A stretch of DNA of 64,000 nucleotides from an uncultured Rivularia sp. (GCA_963665115.1 OY762007.1:8512001-8576000), one strand, 5' to 3'; counted from the stretch's first letter, positions 9,746 through 21,238 are shown. The notes: generated from the letters alone by a model not told the origin. Program-made: numbers and translations.

Positions 9746-11584
9746 CTATCCACTAATGCTATTAGCCATTCGAGAGGGAAGAAAACCTGAGTAGCATTCT
9801 TTACGGCGTTTATTTCGTCTTTCAATCCGTCTTTCTACTATTTCTAAACGGTTCTGCAAACCTCTGAGAACCCTAATAGCTCTGGAGTCTTGAAAACTAT
9901 TTTGACCGAAGTCTGTAAATGCTTTGGGGTCGCGTTTAGTACCCACTAACGATATAAATTGAACTTGAGTAAGGCTTGGTTTTACTCCAGGTAGGAAACT
10001 AGCTAGGCTGTTTTCGTCGGCGAATTTCCCTTTAGCTGTGGGGATAGGTTGATACAGCGCTCCGGGCATATTAGGAATAAAAGCCATATATTGATATTGA
10101 ATCCAAGCGATGGCCGAGTGTTGCGGACCTGCGGTGAAAATCATTTGTGTCAAAATGTCTATTAACTGGTCGCGATTTGTGAGACTTTCTGGTAGGGAAA
10201 CTATACCAAAACCACCTTCAATAACAGGTTTCCGTAAAGCTTGAAGCCAATTTTTTAACTCGAAATCCTGGCTAATATCTCGGTTGGATTTGTAATAAAT
10301 TCCGATATATCTACTCACGTAGTCTTCTAAGGTATTCCAGACGAGCAACCCGTCATCTCGATAGGGAAAATCTCTTAAAGTAGAAGGATTATCAACGCCA
10401 CGCTGACGTAAATAGGTGGGAAAGGCAAAATCGCTGAAGTTGTTAAAATACTCAGATACACCTCGTTCGCTGAGTTGTAGCGAGCTTTCTAAGGTACCCG
10501 GTAATATAATATCTACCGCTCCCCCCGGATTAATTAACACTTGATCTGCAAGGCTATTGATTGCCATTGTGAACTCAAAATGAGGCTTTAAAAGTACGTT
10601 AACCGGATGATTCGCAGCTAGCTGACGTACTGTAGCTAAGGCAATTGGTTCCATCACCAGATGAGTTTGTCCCAAATGACGGTACAGTTGATTGACATAA
10701 AAATCAGCCATCTGGGCAATTAATTTAGCTAACGTCCAGTCAACACCATCGAAGGGCGTACAAAGCAAACTTTCTCCCGGTACCTGTCCCAATTGGATGG
10801 CAATAGGGATTAACTGCCAATCTCCGCGAATTCTTTCAGCTAAATAGAGTGCAATCGGGGCACTGAGAAATTTGTTTTCTTCGGGCTGAATGCCATCGAG
10901 TACTGCATAATCAGTGACAAATAAACCACCTCCTCGGATAGCGCCTTCAAGAGTTTGATGAATGCGCTTCCTACGTCTTTTTGCACTGAGAACCCGTTGA
11001 AAAATCTCATCGGTTATCCCCAGCTTGTCGCGAAGATTGTAATCAAGCGTTAAAACATTCTTCAGTTCCATTGGATTGGGACCAGAAAGCCGCTGTTGTG
11101 CAAACACATCGTCGCTGCGGAAGTCTTGAGAAATATCGGGTAAGGGTAGAACGGGAAACAGTGCGGCGTAATCATCAAAGCTTTGAAACGGTTTTGGATT
11201 TTCTAGAAATGCTTGTTGATTAACTGCTATTTTCTCCGATAAAGTTGCTCGATTGTTTTGATATCCTTCAGAAAATGCTTCTTGCTCGGGTAAAGTCTCC
11301 ACGCGAGGTGAATTAGGTAGCCGCAAATCCAAGCGATATTCTTCGCGAGTTTTTGCCAGTTGCATTTGGCGTTCTTGTTGAGCTGCGGGTGAATCCTTTT
11401 GAGGCAAGCTTGGGATGGTAGGATTATCGGGCGGTTGAGGTTTCGAGGGTTTAGTGTCATTTCCCAGTAAAGTTTCTAAACCAGGAGTACAAACTAAAGC
11501 CATCAGCCCCATCATGGTTCGGCGCGAGAAAACATACTGCTCAAGTATCTGTTCTCGTCGTTGTTTCGGAGTTGGCGATCGCAT
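9746..11584 (-). CDS. Lipoxygenase-family protein with atypical iron ligands
   Basis: FAQQRLSGPNP, PIAIQL, WTLAK, RHLGQTH, FPYRDDG, FTAGPQH; ends NSISG. Confidence 0.88.
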   Translation of the reverse strand: MRSPTPKQRREQILEQYVFSRRTMMGLMALVCTPGLETLLGNDTKPSKPQPPDNPTIPSLPQKDSPAAQQERQMQLAKTREEYRLDLRLPNSPRVETLPEQEAFSEGYQNNRATLSEKIAVNQQAFLENPKPFQSFDDYAALFPVLPLPDISQDFRSDDVFAQQRLSGPNPMELKNVLTLDYNLRDKLGITDEIFQRVLSAKRRRKRIHQTLEGAIRGGGLFVTDYAVLDGIQPEENKFLSAPIALYLAERIRGDWQLIPIAIQLGQVPGESLLCTPFDGVDWTLAKLIAQMADFYVNQLYRHLGQTHLVMEPIALATVRQLAANHPVNVLLKPHFEFTMAINSLADQVLINPGGAVDIILPGTLESSLQLSERGVSEYFNNFSDFAFPTYLRQRGVDNPSTLRDFPYRDDGLLVWNTLEDYVSRYIGIYYKSNRDISQDFELKNWLQALRKPVIEGGFGIVSLPESLTNRDQLIDILTQMIFTAGPQHSAIAWIQYQYMAFIPNMPGALYQPIPTAKGKFADENSLASFLPGVKPSLTQVQFISLVGTKRDPKAFTDFGQNSFQDSRAIRVLRGLQNRLEIVERRIERRNKRRKECYSGFLPSRMANSISG

Positions 11585-11788
11585 AAAAGTATTCTCCCCA
11601 AAAAATTTGTTGCTCTTGCTTATTACTAGGAGCGGTTGAGTACTATATATGCACTTAACATCCGTTAATAAATAAAAATTGAGCTATAGAATATTCACGT
11701 AAAAAATCAAACAATAAATAATTACTTCAAGGTTAAACTTTCGATTACGAATAATTGAAACACTAATTCATAATTTATACAAAATAAT

Positions 11789-12558
11789 TTAGAATATTGG
11801 TTTTTCAAAGAATAGTAGAGAAAGAAAGAAATCCATAATAAAAATCATTACCCAACTACTGACAACAGCTTTAGTTGACGATTCTCCTACTTCCTTGGCA
11901 CCTCCACAGGTAGATAAACCGTAGCAACAACCGATAAAAGCAACTAAAACTCCGAAAATAAAGCCCTTCAACAAGATAATAAATAAATCCGACGGTTCTA
12001 GAAAACTTCTGACCGATTCTAAGAATATTTCTGGAGCTACTTGATAAAATTCCCCTGCGGCGAAAATTCCGCCAATAATTCCCGTTACCAAGGAAAAAAT
12101 CGTTAATATTGGTAATAGCAAACAACAAGCAACCACTCTAGGAAGAACCAGATAATCAATCGGATTAGTTCTCAACATATACAGCGCATCAACTTGTTCG
12201 GTGACAATCATTGCACCAATTTCCGCAGCAAAAGCCGAACCAACTTGCCCCGCAATGATACTAGCCGTCAAGATTGGCGCTAATTCTCGACAAAAAGCCA
12301 AAGCAAAAGCACCACCAACAGCATCAACAGCCCCAAACCGAACTAATTCTCTAGCAGTTTGAATCGTGAAAATCATACCTGCAAAAAAGCTTACAAGTAG
12401 CACGGGAGAAATTGAACCAGGCCCCAACTTTCACCATATGTTCTAAAATATTTCGGTAACAGGTTCTTCCTTGTAATAAACGCAACCAAACTTGACCAAA
12501 TAGCAGTAGAGCGGAAATCAAACGCACAACTTATATTTCCTGCTTGCTTTTGGTTGCA
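11789..12558 (-). pseudogene. mlaE: MlaE/TGD1-type lipid ABC transporter permease, disrupted 5' part
   Basis: RELAPILTA, GSAFAAEIG motifs; 5' portion (VRLISALLLFGQVW..EHMVKVG) lies in another frame because of an extra G in a GGGG run at ~12422-12425; further TAA upstream. Confidence 0.75.
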
Positions 12559-12662
12559 ATTCTACCGTCATTGACTATTTAGATGCCAATAATATTGTGG
12601 GTAAGAGGGAATGGGGAGTAGGGAACAGGGAAAAGGCAAGTATATGTAGCGGTTATCTTTCT

Positions 12663-12890
12663 TTATTCATCCAGATCGATCTCAATCAACTTCTGACGCG
12701 AGGAAGCCCCAGATTTTATACGGATATAAGATTTCGGGACGTTAAATTTTTTTGACAATACTTTGATTAATTCTTCGTTAGCCTTACCATCTACGGGTGG
12801 CGATTTTAAACGTATCGTAAGACTACCATCTTTCTCTTCAATAATTTTTTGCTCTTTAGAATTAGGTTTAACCTTAACTATTTTTTGCAT
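12663..12890 (-). CDS. DUF167/YggU family protein
   Basis: [27 protein letters not shown]. Confidence 0.92.
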   Translation of the reverse strand: MQKIVKVKPNSKEQKIIEEKDGSLTIRLKSPPVDGKANEELIKVLSKKFNVPKSYIRIKSGASSRQKLIEIDLDE

Positions 12891-13003
12891 AAATTTTCAT
12901 ATTGGGCATGGGGATTGGGCATGAATAATTAACTTAATAGCAAAAAGTGCGTCATTAAATATAACGCACCTGACAAATTGATAATTGATAATTGTTAACT
13001 GAT

Positions 13004-13546
13004 TTAAAGTTGTCCTGGATTACCGTTACCAATTACAGAAATTTTATGTCGATAAACTAATTCGCCACCATACCAACCGGAAAGTCCGAGCAGTGTAGCT
13101 ACAACGGTAGAAATTCCTAATCCCCAAGGTAATACTGCTCCTGCGGTAGAACCCAATCGTAATACTAAATTAATTAAAGTTAACAACAAAGCAGCAATAT
13201 TAAGAGCCATATGTGCCCAACCAGCGGTGCGTAAACGGGTTCTTCCTATTCTGAAAAAGTCGAGCATTCCAGTTATAGCAGCCAAAATACCAGCAGCAAA
13301 ACCACCTACGATTAAATAGAAAGATGCTCTTGCCCAAAAGACATCACTAGTGAACCAGAAAATACCATCTGATAAAAACGCACCAACTAGAAAAGCAATT
13401 GGAAATTGTACTAAAATTGGGTGAATTGGATGTCCCAAAACTGCTACGGTACTGGGTACGCCAGCATCACGAAATTCTCTATCGTCTGTTTCTAAAACAT
13501 TAGGAATATTAGGAAACGGTGATGTTCTTCTATCTTGAGTATTCAT
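13004..13546 (-). CDS. DUF2231 membrane protein
   Basis: GHPIHPILVQFPI, GWYGGELVYRH. Confidence 0.85.
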   Translation of the reverse strand: MNTQDRRTSPFPNIPNVLETDDREFRDAGVPSTVAVLGHPIHPILVQFPIAFLVGAFLSDGIFWFTSDVFWARASFYLIVGGFAAGILAAITGMLDFFRIGRTRLRTAGWAHMALNIAALLLTLINLVLRLGSTAGAVLPWGLGISTVVATLLGLSGWYGGELVYRHKISVIGNGNPGQL

Positions 13547-13642
13547 AATAAAAGGTTAAAGGTTAAAGGTTAAAGGTCAAAGGTCAAAGGTTAGTAATAT
13601 AATTTGGTAACTGCTAACTGCTAACTGCTAACTGTTCACTGA

Positions 13643-14383
13643 TTACTCTGTGGGGATTTTTTCAACGTAAGCTTCTGCTTGCATGATTAATTTACCAGCT
13701 TCTACTTCTAAACTTTTGACTGTTAGATCCATTCCATCTAAATCAAAGTTGCTTAGATTTAATAATTCGCTGGTTTGATTTACTAATGCTTCTGTTAATT
13801 CAGGGGAAGTTTCTTCTTTATCGCCATAATCAACGTTTTCCAAATTTACAGTTTTACCATCACTACTTACAGTCGGCACTGCGGAAAATGCAATTTGATG
13901 TGTTTCCCCTGATTCTTTTAATATTAAACTGGCTTCTAACTCTACTTTGCCACCACCCGGTAAACGAAAATCTACTTTTCGAGGAACGATACTTGTAGAT
14001 TTTCCATTAATATTAATTTTCTGGCTCATTAACTGCTGCTGCACGTATTCAGAATAGAAAGCGCGATTAATATCTTCTTCTAATAAAACAACTCGCGTAC
14101 TGCCTGTAGCGGGTTTGGTAAGTTCAATTTTTCCAAAAGCTGCCTTCATGGGATTGATAGCCACATCCTCAATGTGCATATCTAATTCTTCCATACGAAG
14201 GTCTTTATTCATTACCAAACCGTCACCATCAATATCAACAGAGTCTACCTCTCCCTGAACCGCTTTAACAGCATCGGTTTCGATATCTACGTCTAAATCT
14301 TCGACTTCATCCAACTGACTAGACATCCCTACTTCTGCGGCTTTGTTTAGCGCTTCTTCCCCTAATCCTTTAGTTTCTGGCAT
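13643..14383 (-). CDS. DUF2993 (LmeA-like) protein
   Basis: Acidic beta-rich protein, VVLLEEDINRA motif typical of cyanobacterial DUF2993. Confidence 0.7.
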   Translation of the reverse strand: MPETKGLGEEALNKAAEVGMSSQLDEVEDLDVDIETDAVKAVQGEVDSVDIDGDGLVMNKDLRMEELDMHIEDVAINPMKAAFGKIELTKPATGSTRVVLLEEDINRAFYSEYVQQQLMSQKININGKSTSIVPRKVDFRLPGGGKVELEASLILKESGETHQIAFSAVPTVSSDGKTVNLENVDYGDKEETSPELTEALVNQTSELLNLSNFDLDGMDLTVKSLEVEAGKLIMQAEAYVEKIPTE

Positions 14384-14684
14384 TATGATATGTTCTCCGA
14401 TAGCAGCTTTCTTTAAGTCAATTTATGAGATTTATCAGCAAAAGTTATCTCCCTAATGGGGTAGGGAAGGTGTTTTATTTATCAGTCTTTAAGGATAAAT
14501 TTGATTTGAGAAGAGCAAAAGGTCAATGAAAGTTTTTTGAGTGCTGATTATAGATTAATTTGATGATATTGAGCAATTTTTGAAAACTATTGCAATAATT
14601 AAAAATCCCCTTCTCGACTTCCGGGAAGGGGTAAAATATTTTGAGTTAGTTCAGGTAATGTTTTATCTCAAATCCATAGGAGGT

Positions 14685-15627
14685 TTAAAGATAAATTGCT
14701 CGTATTTCTTGTAAGGTATTTTTTGTTTTAATTCCAGTTAGAATTGCTCTTAATACATCCACATCCTGTATTTGAGAAATTTCTGGTAAAAGTTTATTAC
14801 CTTCAGCACCAAATTTAACTTCTAAAAGTGCTTCAATACCTTCAAGTACTCCTTCTCGTATTCCTTCCTCTTTACCTTTTTCAATTCCCCGTTGCTCTAC
14901 ACTAGTTACATAAGGCATTTTTTTGTTCTCCTCATATTCAGTTACTTCATCCCAAAAACTGGTTTCTAATTCTTCAGGTAATCTCATCACCCAATCGATA
15001 AAGTGAAATAGGTTGATGATATCTTCTCTTTGATAACCTTTTTCGTAAAGTTGTTTGGTTAAATAAAGCTTCCATCGTTTGCGTACTTCGCTATCTTGAC
15101 GGGTTTCCTTAGCTTTCAAATGTGCCATTACTACTGTAGCAAAGGGATTTGAGCTTGCTTCAAGTTGATTCCATTGTTCGGCGTAATCAAGTAACTTAAC
15201 AATGGGAAACTTGAAATTAACTTCACAACCCCATAATTCATCGCGAAATTCGTTTGGTCGCCATGTCGCACGCTCGTCAGCTAAAATGGCAAAACTGGCT
15301 ATAGATTGATTGTAACGATCGAACAATCGGTAGTGGTAGATATACATCCGTTTCGCAAAGTCTTTTTCTTCATTACTTTGCACCTCCAGATGAATCAATA
15401 CCCATTGTTCAGTTTCCATCCTTTCGCCAAGCTTGAACCAGTTTATCTACAAACCTTTGTCCAAATTCAGCATCTCGAACTATTTGCTGTAATTCTTTAT
15501 CCAAGAAATTGTATCCTCGTTCCCAATCTATTTCTGCTGCTGCAATAGGAAAGAAGAATTCAATGCATTCGCGAAAGTAGATTTCGATTGCTTCTTTCCA
15601 AGGAGTATCGTATTCGTCAACTGGCAT
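14685..15627 (-). pseudogene. Rpn/transposase_31-like PD-(D/E)XK protein split by a frameshift
   Basis: ORFs 15409-15627 (YDTPWKEAI..FVDKLVQ) and 14685-15419 (VLIHLEVQ..RMYIYHYRL) are consecutive parts of one protein; shift at GATGGAAACTGA ~15412-15415. Confidence 0.8.
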
Positions 15628-15843
15628 TATGTGGGTTGGTAGATGTATGGAAGGATTATGGCATTTGAGGGGGTGTGGGGAGAAGTGCGATCGCGCTTTG
15701 GATGTAGTGGATTTTATAGCTGCTGGTTTTTGTTTTGGGGAAAGGGAGAAAGAATTTTGGAGTGTCTTAGTTAGCGGTAGTGATGTTTTAAAGAAAAAAA
15801 AATAATATTTAGCAAGATTCTAAAATATACTTATGGGTTCTTA

Positions 15844-16563
15844 TATAGCAATCCTAAATGATTCATGAGAAAACACCATACTCATAATTTTTTGAAAAGT
15901 CAAAAATTTGACCAGAAATCGATATCTCGAATAAAGCCTTGACTACAGAAAAAGAATGAGAGAAGAAGTAGAATTCTCGAATTAATCTTTTGGCTTGCAG
16001 CCAAATATCTTCAACAGGATTTTGTTGTGGTGCATTCGGAGCAAATCGATAAGCAGTCATTAACCAATGTTCTTTTTCAATACCATTATTTAAAGAGTTT
16101 AAATAGTCTTTGATAGCCTGGGAACGGTGATAGCTAGCGCCATCCCAAATTATTAAAAGTTTGGACTCCTCACGTTGCGCTCGCAAAAATTATAAGAAGT
16201 TAATTGTATTATCAGAATTTCCTTTTTCTGCCGGGTAAATTAAAAATTCCTTAGTTTTATAATCTAATCCACCCTCATTTAGTTTGGCGTTCCCTTTGAT
16301 TTACTATTGGGATTGAAATTCGTTAATTCTTCTTTCCCCAAACGTACCCTTCACTATCTCCCCAAAGCAAATGACATTCGTCAACCATAAATACAGCTAG
16401 TTCTCCAGACTCTATTTCGGTTCGTTTCGATTCCAGCAGCTCACATATTGCTTTTTTTTTGAAGCGACTAATTTTGAATCATACTTTGGATTATTAGCTT
16501 GAGTTTTTTTCCAACTAATTCCTGCTTTATTAAATAAATCATAATAACTTTGTTTTGACTCAA
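15844..16563 (-). mobile_element. Degenerate IS630-family element (5' truncated)
   Basis: End TATAGCAATCCTAAATGATTC; DDE motifs FMVDECHL, IIWDGASYH, QQNPVEDIW; A9 slippery run at 16452-16460; several in-frame stops. Confidence 0.85.
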
Positions 16564-16655
16564 AATGTTAACGATTCTTGCTGCTTGTTTATCTTACAAT
16601 CAGAATGATACCTCAAAAGCCTGTTGTCAATAGGGTTTGAGATGCGCTTACCCTG
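16564..16655 (+). mobile_element. ISAs1-family right-end remnant
   Basis: MLTILAACLS..KACCQ* followed by terminal GATGCGCTTACCCTG, resembling ISAs1 ends. Confidence 0.55.
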
Positions 16656-16738
16656 ATGGTATTTTGAATCCGACTTTACCCAAAACTGAAGCTGAAAAAC
16701 ACAAGGTTGTAAAAGTTAATCTGGGTGATGCTGCTTAA
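16655..16738 (+). pseudogene. Hsp20/alpha-crystallin 3' remnant
   Basis: DGILNPTLPKTEAEKHKVVKVNLGDAA* matches the small heat-shock protein C-terminus. Confidence 0.7.
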
Positions 16739-16937
16739 TTCAGATCGTTCTAGGTCATAGAATTAGCAATATAATGTTTTAAGGTTTTTTGTAAATGATT
16801 AATCGCTTACAAAAAACCTTAATTTTTATATTAAATCAATTTATAACTTATGAAAGACAATGATTCTTCCTTAAGACGTAAAAAAATATAGATATCAACT
16901 TGTTTAATAGAAGTATTGATTATTATTAAAGACAATT

Positions 16938-17117
16938 ATGATTAAACAGTTAGTAACAATTGTTGTATTAAGCATGGTGCTATTATTTATAGTATCTCCC
17001 TTCAGCGCTCTAGCAGGCTTGATGCTGATACTATTTATTGCAGCAGCTTATAGTTTAGCTGTTAATTTATTTCGAGCATTTATCGGTAGTAGTGAAGCCG
17101 ATACGAAAAAATCTTGA
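16938..17117 (+). CDS. Small (59 aa) two-TM membrane protein, below ORF-track cutoff
   Basis: ATG..TGA open frame MIKQLVTIVVLSMVLLFIVSPFSALAGLMLILFIAAAYSLAVNLFRAF..KKS. Confidence 0.6.
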   Translation: MIKQLVTIVVLSMVLLFIVSPFSALAGLMLILFIAAAYSLAVNLFRAFIGSSEADTKKS

Positions 17118-17353
17118 CCATATTTTGAATTCAAAATTCAAAATTCAAAATTAATTCTATTTTAATTTTTAATTGCTAATGCAGGAATTGTTTTGACTTA
17201 AAGCACGTGGGAGAATGGTAACTCCGTACTTTTAAATCGGGGTGGAAATTCAACCTACCCATTCTTCTAGGTGGAAATTCTCCCCAAATATCCGATGTCA
17301 TATATAGATGCAAAAAGCCAAAATACAAACATCGGATTTATTAGAGAATTTTT

Positions 17354-18268
17354 ATGTCCTCACTACAAGCTTTATCAAACAACATTGCCGAAATCGTGGA
17401 ACAATCGGGTAAAGCAATTGTTTCAATCAACGCGAACAGACGCTTTTTCCCTAGCGGTATTCACTGGCGTAAAGGTATTATAGTAACTTCTGATGAATCT
17501 ATCAAACGTTACGAAGATATCACCGTAACTCTTGCAAACGGCGTAAAAGAACCGGTTTCACTCTTAGGACGCGACTCCAGCACCGATGTAGCAGTTTTCA
17601 AAATAGAAAATCCCGATCTTCCCGTAGCAACAATAGAAGACGCTGTAAATATCAAAGTTGGAAATTTAGTTTTGGCATTAGCTAGAAGCCAGGAAGGAGA
17701 TATTCGCGCTGCAATGGGTGCGGTTAGTGTCGTCAGTGGTGAATGGCAAAGTATGAGCGGTGGAAAAATCGATCGCTTCATTCGTCCAGACATTTCGCTT
17801 TATCCAGGATTTAGCGGCGGAGCTTTGGTAGATGCCCTCGGAAATATTGTCGGAATGAATACGACAGGAAGAAGAGGTACGGCTTTAACTATTCCTGCTT
17901 CTACAATAAATAGAGTTGTCGAACAATTAGCTACTAAAGGCAGAATTCCACGGGGTTATTTAGGTTTGGGAATGCAGCCAGTCAGATTACCAGATAATTT
18001 GAAAAATAATTTGAAAAATGCTCTCAATTTGACCTTTACTGGTGGTGTAATTGTCGTCAACGTTGAATCAAATAGTGCTGCTGAAAATGCAGGAATATTA
18101 TTAGGAGATGTTTTAGTCAGTTTTGATGATACTACCGTAGAAGATACAAATGATGTACTGGCATTATTAAATGACAGTTCCCGCATAGGTGAAATCGTCA
18201 AAATACAGCTTTTACGCGGTGGTGAATTAATCGAATTAAATTTAACCATCGGTGAACGAACAATATAG
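17354..18268 (+). CDS. S1C/HtrA-like protease-PDZ protein, catalytic His apparently absent
   Basis: GRDSSTDVAV, PGFSGGAL, RGYLGLGM PDZ; IVTSDES in place of TNxH. Confidence 0.85.
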   Translation: MSSLQALSNNIAEIVEQSGKAIVSINANRRFFPSGIHWRKGIIVTSDESIKRYEDITVTLANGVKEPVSLLGRDSSTDVAVFKIENPDLPVATIEDAVNIKVGNLVLALARSQEGDIRAAMGAVSVVSGEWQSMSGGKIDRFIRPDISLYPGFSGGALVDALGNIVGMNTTGRRGTALTIPASTINRVVEQLATKGRIPRGYLGLGMQPVRLPDNLKNNLKNALNLTFTGGVIVVNVESNSAAENAGILLGDVLVSFDDTTVEDTNDVLALLNDSSRIGEIVKIQLLRGGELIELNLTIGERTI

Positions 18269-18358
18269 AGATTTAGAGTACTACGTCTTCAAATCTCGCG
18301 ATGAGGACGAAAAATATTGATGAAGCGGCAGGTATACGATAAAAAAATAGAAAAAATC

Positions 18359-18925
18359 ATGATTGCAAACTTCGTCAACATCTCAACAGAATTAACAGAT
18401 GTAGCTCAAAAAATTTGTAACTCATCTGTAAAAATCCGCAGTGGTGATACCGGAGTTGGCTCTGGTGTTATCTGGAAATCCGACGGTTTGATCGTCACCA
18501 ACGCTCATGTCGCATTCAGCAAAAAATTAACTGTAGAACTTGCAGATGGAAGAGAATTTACAGCAGTAAGAACGAAAATTGACCCCACAAAAGATTTAGC
18601 AGCTTTGAAAATTGATGCTACTAACTTAAATCCTGCAACTATTCGCGATCGCGATCGATTGCGCGTGGGTGAAATAGCTTTAGCTGTAGGTAATCCTCTC
18701 GGTGACACCAATGCAGTAACAACTGGAATTATTTCTCAAATTCAACACAACTGTATAATTGCCGACATTCAACTTTTTCCCGGTAATTCCGGAGGTGCTA
18801 TGACTGATAGTCGTGGAGCTATTATCGGGATTAACACCATGATTGCTTATGGTTTAGCCGTTGCAATATCAATAAATACAGTTGAGAAATTTTTGACATC
18901 TGCAAATGAGATCAAATTCGCTTAA
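18359..18925 (+). CDS. Trypsin-like (S1C) serine protease without PDZ
   Basis: GSGVI, VTNAHV, DLAAL, PGNSGG complete triad; start likely the MIANF ATG. Confidence 0.85.
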   Translation: MIANFVNISTELTDVAQKICNSSVKIRSGDTGVGSGVIWKSDGLIVTNAHVAFSKKLTVELADGREFTAVRTKIDPTKDLAALKIDATNLNPATIRDRDRLRVGEIALAVGNPLGDTNAVTTGIISQIQHNCIIADIQLFPGNSGGAMTDSRGAIIGINTMIAYGLAVAISINTVEKFLTSANEIKFA

Positions 18926-19175
18926 TTGCTTATTACTCCCATTCCGCTTATCAGATTACCTATCTGTTTTTACCTCTTTCCTCTGCATTCTCTGCACGCC
19001 ACTTGCTACAAGTCGGGGAAACCCGCCGTATTGCTCCCCTCCAAGCTCGGGAGTGGGCATAGGTGAATATAATTCGTAATATCACCCTCCGGGTGACGCA
19101 AGCTACGTAATTCGTGAGAGGAATTTGGAATGATTTTTTAGCACTTGAAAAGGTACAGAGTCAACACCTTAACTC

Positions 19176-19820
19176 ATGCCCAATTCCCAATCGATAATTC
19201 GAGTCGTAGTAATCGCTGTTTCCCCAGTTATAAGAATGGGGTTATCAGCAATGCTCGACGATAACCCAAAATTAGCTGTAGTTGAAAGTGGTGTGGATCT
19301 CGATTCTCTTACATCGAAAATTGAGCAGCTACAACCAGATGTGGTTTTGTACGATTGGAATGGAAATGATTATGAAACAATAACGCAACAGTTAGTTTCA
19401 GCAACTATTATCCTCACCGATGAACTTGAAGATATTAACTTAGGAACAGTTTTAGCTGCGGGGGTGAAAGGAATATTACCGCAAGATAGCGAGGAATCAG
19501 AAATTATCGCAGCCATTGAAGCGGTAGCTTCGGGATTAGTGGTATTACATCCAGAAATTGTTGATAATTTAGGGTTACATAAAGAAACGAACTTACAAAA
19601 AAAATCCGATCTCGACTCAATACAAACATTAACACCACGAGAAATTGAGATTTTGCAAATGTTGACCCGTGGATTGAGTAATAAAGCGATCGCGCAACAG
19701 TTACATATTTCCGATCATACCGTTAAATTTCACGTTTCCTCGATTTTTCAAAAGCTTAATATCTCAACACGTACCGAAGCTGTAGCTGTAGGAGTTAGAT
19801 TGGGTTTAATTATGTTGTAA
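19176..19820 (+). CDS. NarL/LuxR family response regulator
   Basis: Receiver PDVVLYD; LTPREIEIL..GLSNKAIA..TVKFHVSSIFQKL. Confidence 0.93.
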   Translation: MPNSQSIIRVVVIAVSPVIRMGLSAMLDDNPKLAVVESGVDLDSLTSKIEQLQPDVVLYDWNGNDYETITQQLVSATIILTDELEDINLGTVLAAGVKGILPQDSEESEIIAAIEAVASGLVVLHPEIVDNLGLHKETNLQKKSDLDSIQTLTPREIEILQMLTRGLSNKAIAQQLHISDHTVKFHVSSIFQKLNISTRTEAVAVGVRLGLIML

Positions 19821-20074
19821 TATCTTGAACGGCAGCACAAATCCATAATTTTGGAATCTGAGTGAATTGTTAAGCCTTGCAAAGCAAAAATAAGCAAACC
19901 GCAATTCACCAGTAACACTCAAAGCAGTTATTAGCGTAAATATCTACTACTTCCCACTCCCTAAAGGAGTAATTGTTACCTTGATAGATTTCACTACTAT
20001 TAACTTATGTATTTAATAAAGATATATTGTTAACATTAGTAAAAAAGCTGAAAAATTTGGGGACTAATACTGCT

Positions 20075-21238
20075 ATGGGTCGTGTAGGCGTTTTATTACT
20101 TAATCTTGGTGGGCCGGATAAACTTGAGGATGTACAGCCGTTCCTTTACAATCTGTTTTCCGATCCGGAAATAATCCGTCTGCCTTTTAGCTGGCTGCAA
20201 AAACCTTTAGCCTGGTTTATCTCGACGCGACGAAGTACAACGTCTCAAGAAAACTACCGTAAGATTGGTGGTGGTTCTCCGTTGCGGCAAATCACTGAAG
20301 CTCAGGGAGAAGCTTTAAAGGAACAGTTAGCTGAAATTGGCGAAGAAGCAGAAATCTACGTAGGAATGCGTTATTGGCATCCTTACACTGAGGAAGCTAT
20401 TTCGGAAATTCTTGCTGATGGAATTGAGAAATTAGTTATTTTACCTCTTTACCCCCAGTTTTCTATCAGTACCAGTGGTTCTAGCTATCGACTTCTTGCA
20501 AAACTTTGGCAAGAAAATCCCAAGCTTAAACAGATTGAATATTCGGTAATTGCTTCTTGGTACAAGCAACCGGGTTATCTGCAAGCAATGAGCGAACTGA
20601 TAGCGCAGGAATTAGATCAATTGCCGAATCCCGATGAAGGTCATATTTTCTTCAGCGCACATGGAGTTCCCAAAAGCTACGTAGAAGAAGCTGGCGATCC
20701 ATATCAACAGGAAATTGAGGAATGCACCGATCTAATTATGCAAACTCTCAATCGTCCAAATCCCCATACTTTGGCTTATCAAAGTCGTGTTGGCCCCGTG
20801 GAATGGCTGCAACCTTATACTGAAGATGCGATAGAAAATTTAGCAGATAAAGGCGTTAAAAATTTAGTAGTCGTACCGATCAGTTTTGTTTCCGAGCATA
20901 TTGAAACATTAGAAGAAATCGATATTGAATATCGTGAAATTGCCGAAGAAGCAGGAATTAATAACTTCCGTAGGGTTCCAGCGCTCAACGTACATCCGGT
21001 ATTTATTAAAGCTTTAGCAGATTTGACTATTGATGCATTGAAATCTTGCAGTATTTCATTTGCAGAAGTTAACCAGATGAAGAAAAAAGTAAAAATGTAT
21101 CCTCAAGAGCGTTGGGAATGGGGTATCACCACCTCCGCAGAAATTTGGAATGGAAGGATAGCCATGCTTGGTTTTCTTGCTTTGATGATTGAAATACTCA
21201 CCGGACATGGTTTGTTTCATGCTGTGGGGCTGTTGTAG
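20075..21238 (+). CDS. hemH: Ferrochelatase with C-terminal CAB/HLIP domain
   Basis: [45 protein letters not shown]. Confidence 0.98.
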   Translation: MGRVGVLLLNLGGPDKLEDVQPFLYNLFSDPEIIRLPFSWLQKPLAWFISTRRSTTSQENYRKIGGGSPLRQITEAQGEALKEQLAEIGEEAEIYVGMRYWHPYTEEAISEILADGIEKLVILPLYPQFSISTSGSSYRLLAKLWQENPKLKQIEYSVIASWYKQPGYLQAMSELIAQELDQLPNPDEGHIFFSAHGVPKSYVEEAGDPYQQEIEECTDLIMQTLNRPNPHTLAYQSRVGPVEWLQPYTEDAIENLADKGVKNLVVVPISFVSEHIETLEEIDIEYREIAEEAGINNFRRVPALNVHPVFIKALADLTIDALKSCSISFAEVNQMKKKVKMYPQERWEWGITTSAEIWNGRIAMLGFLALMIEILTGHGLFHAVGLL

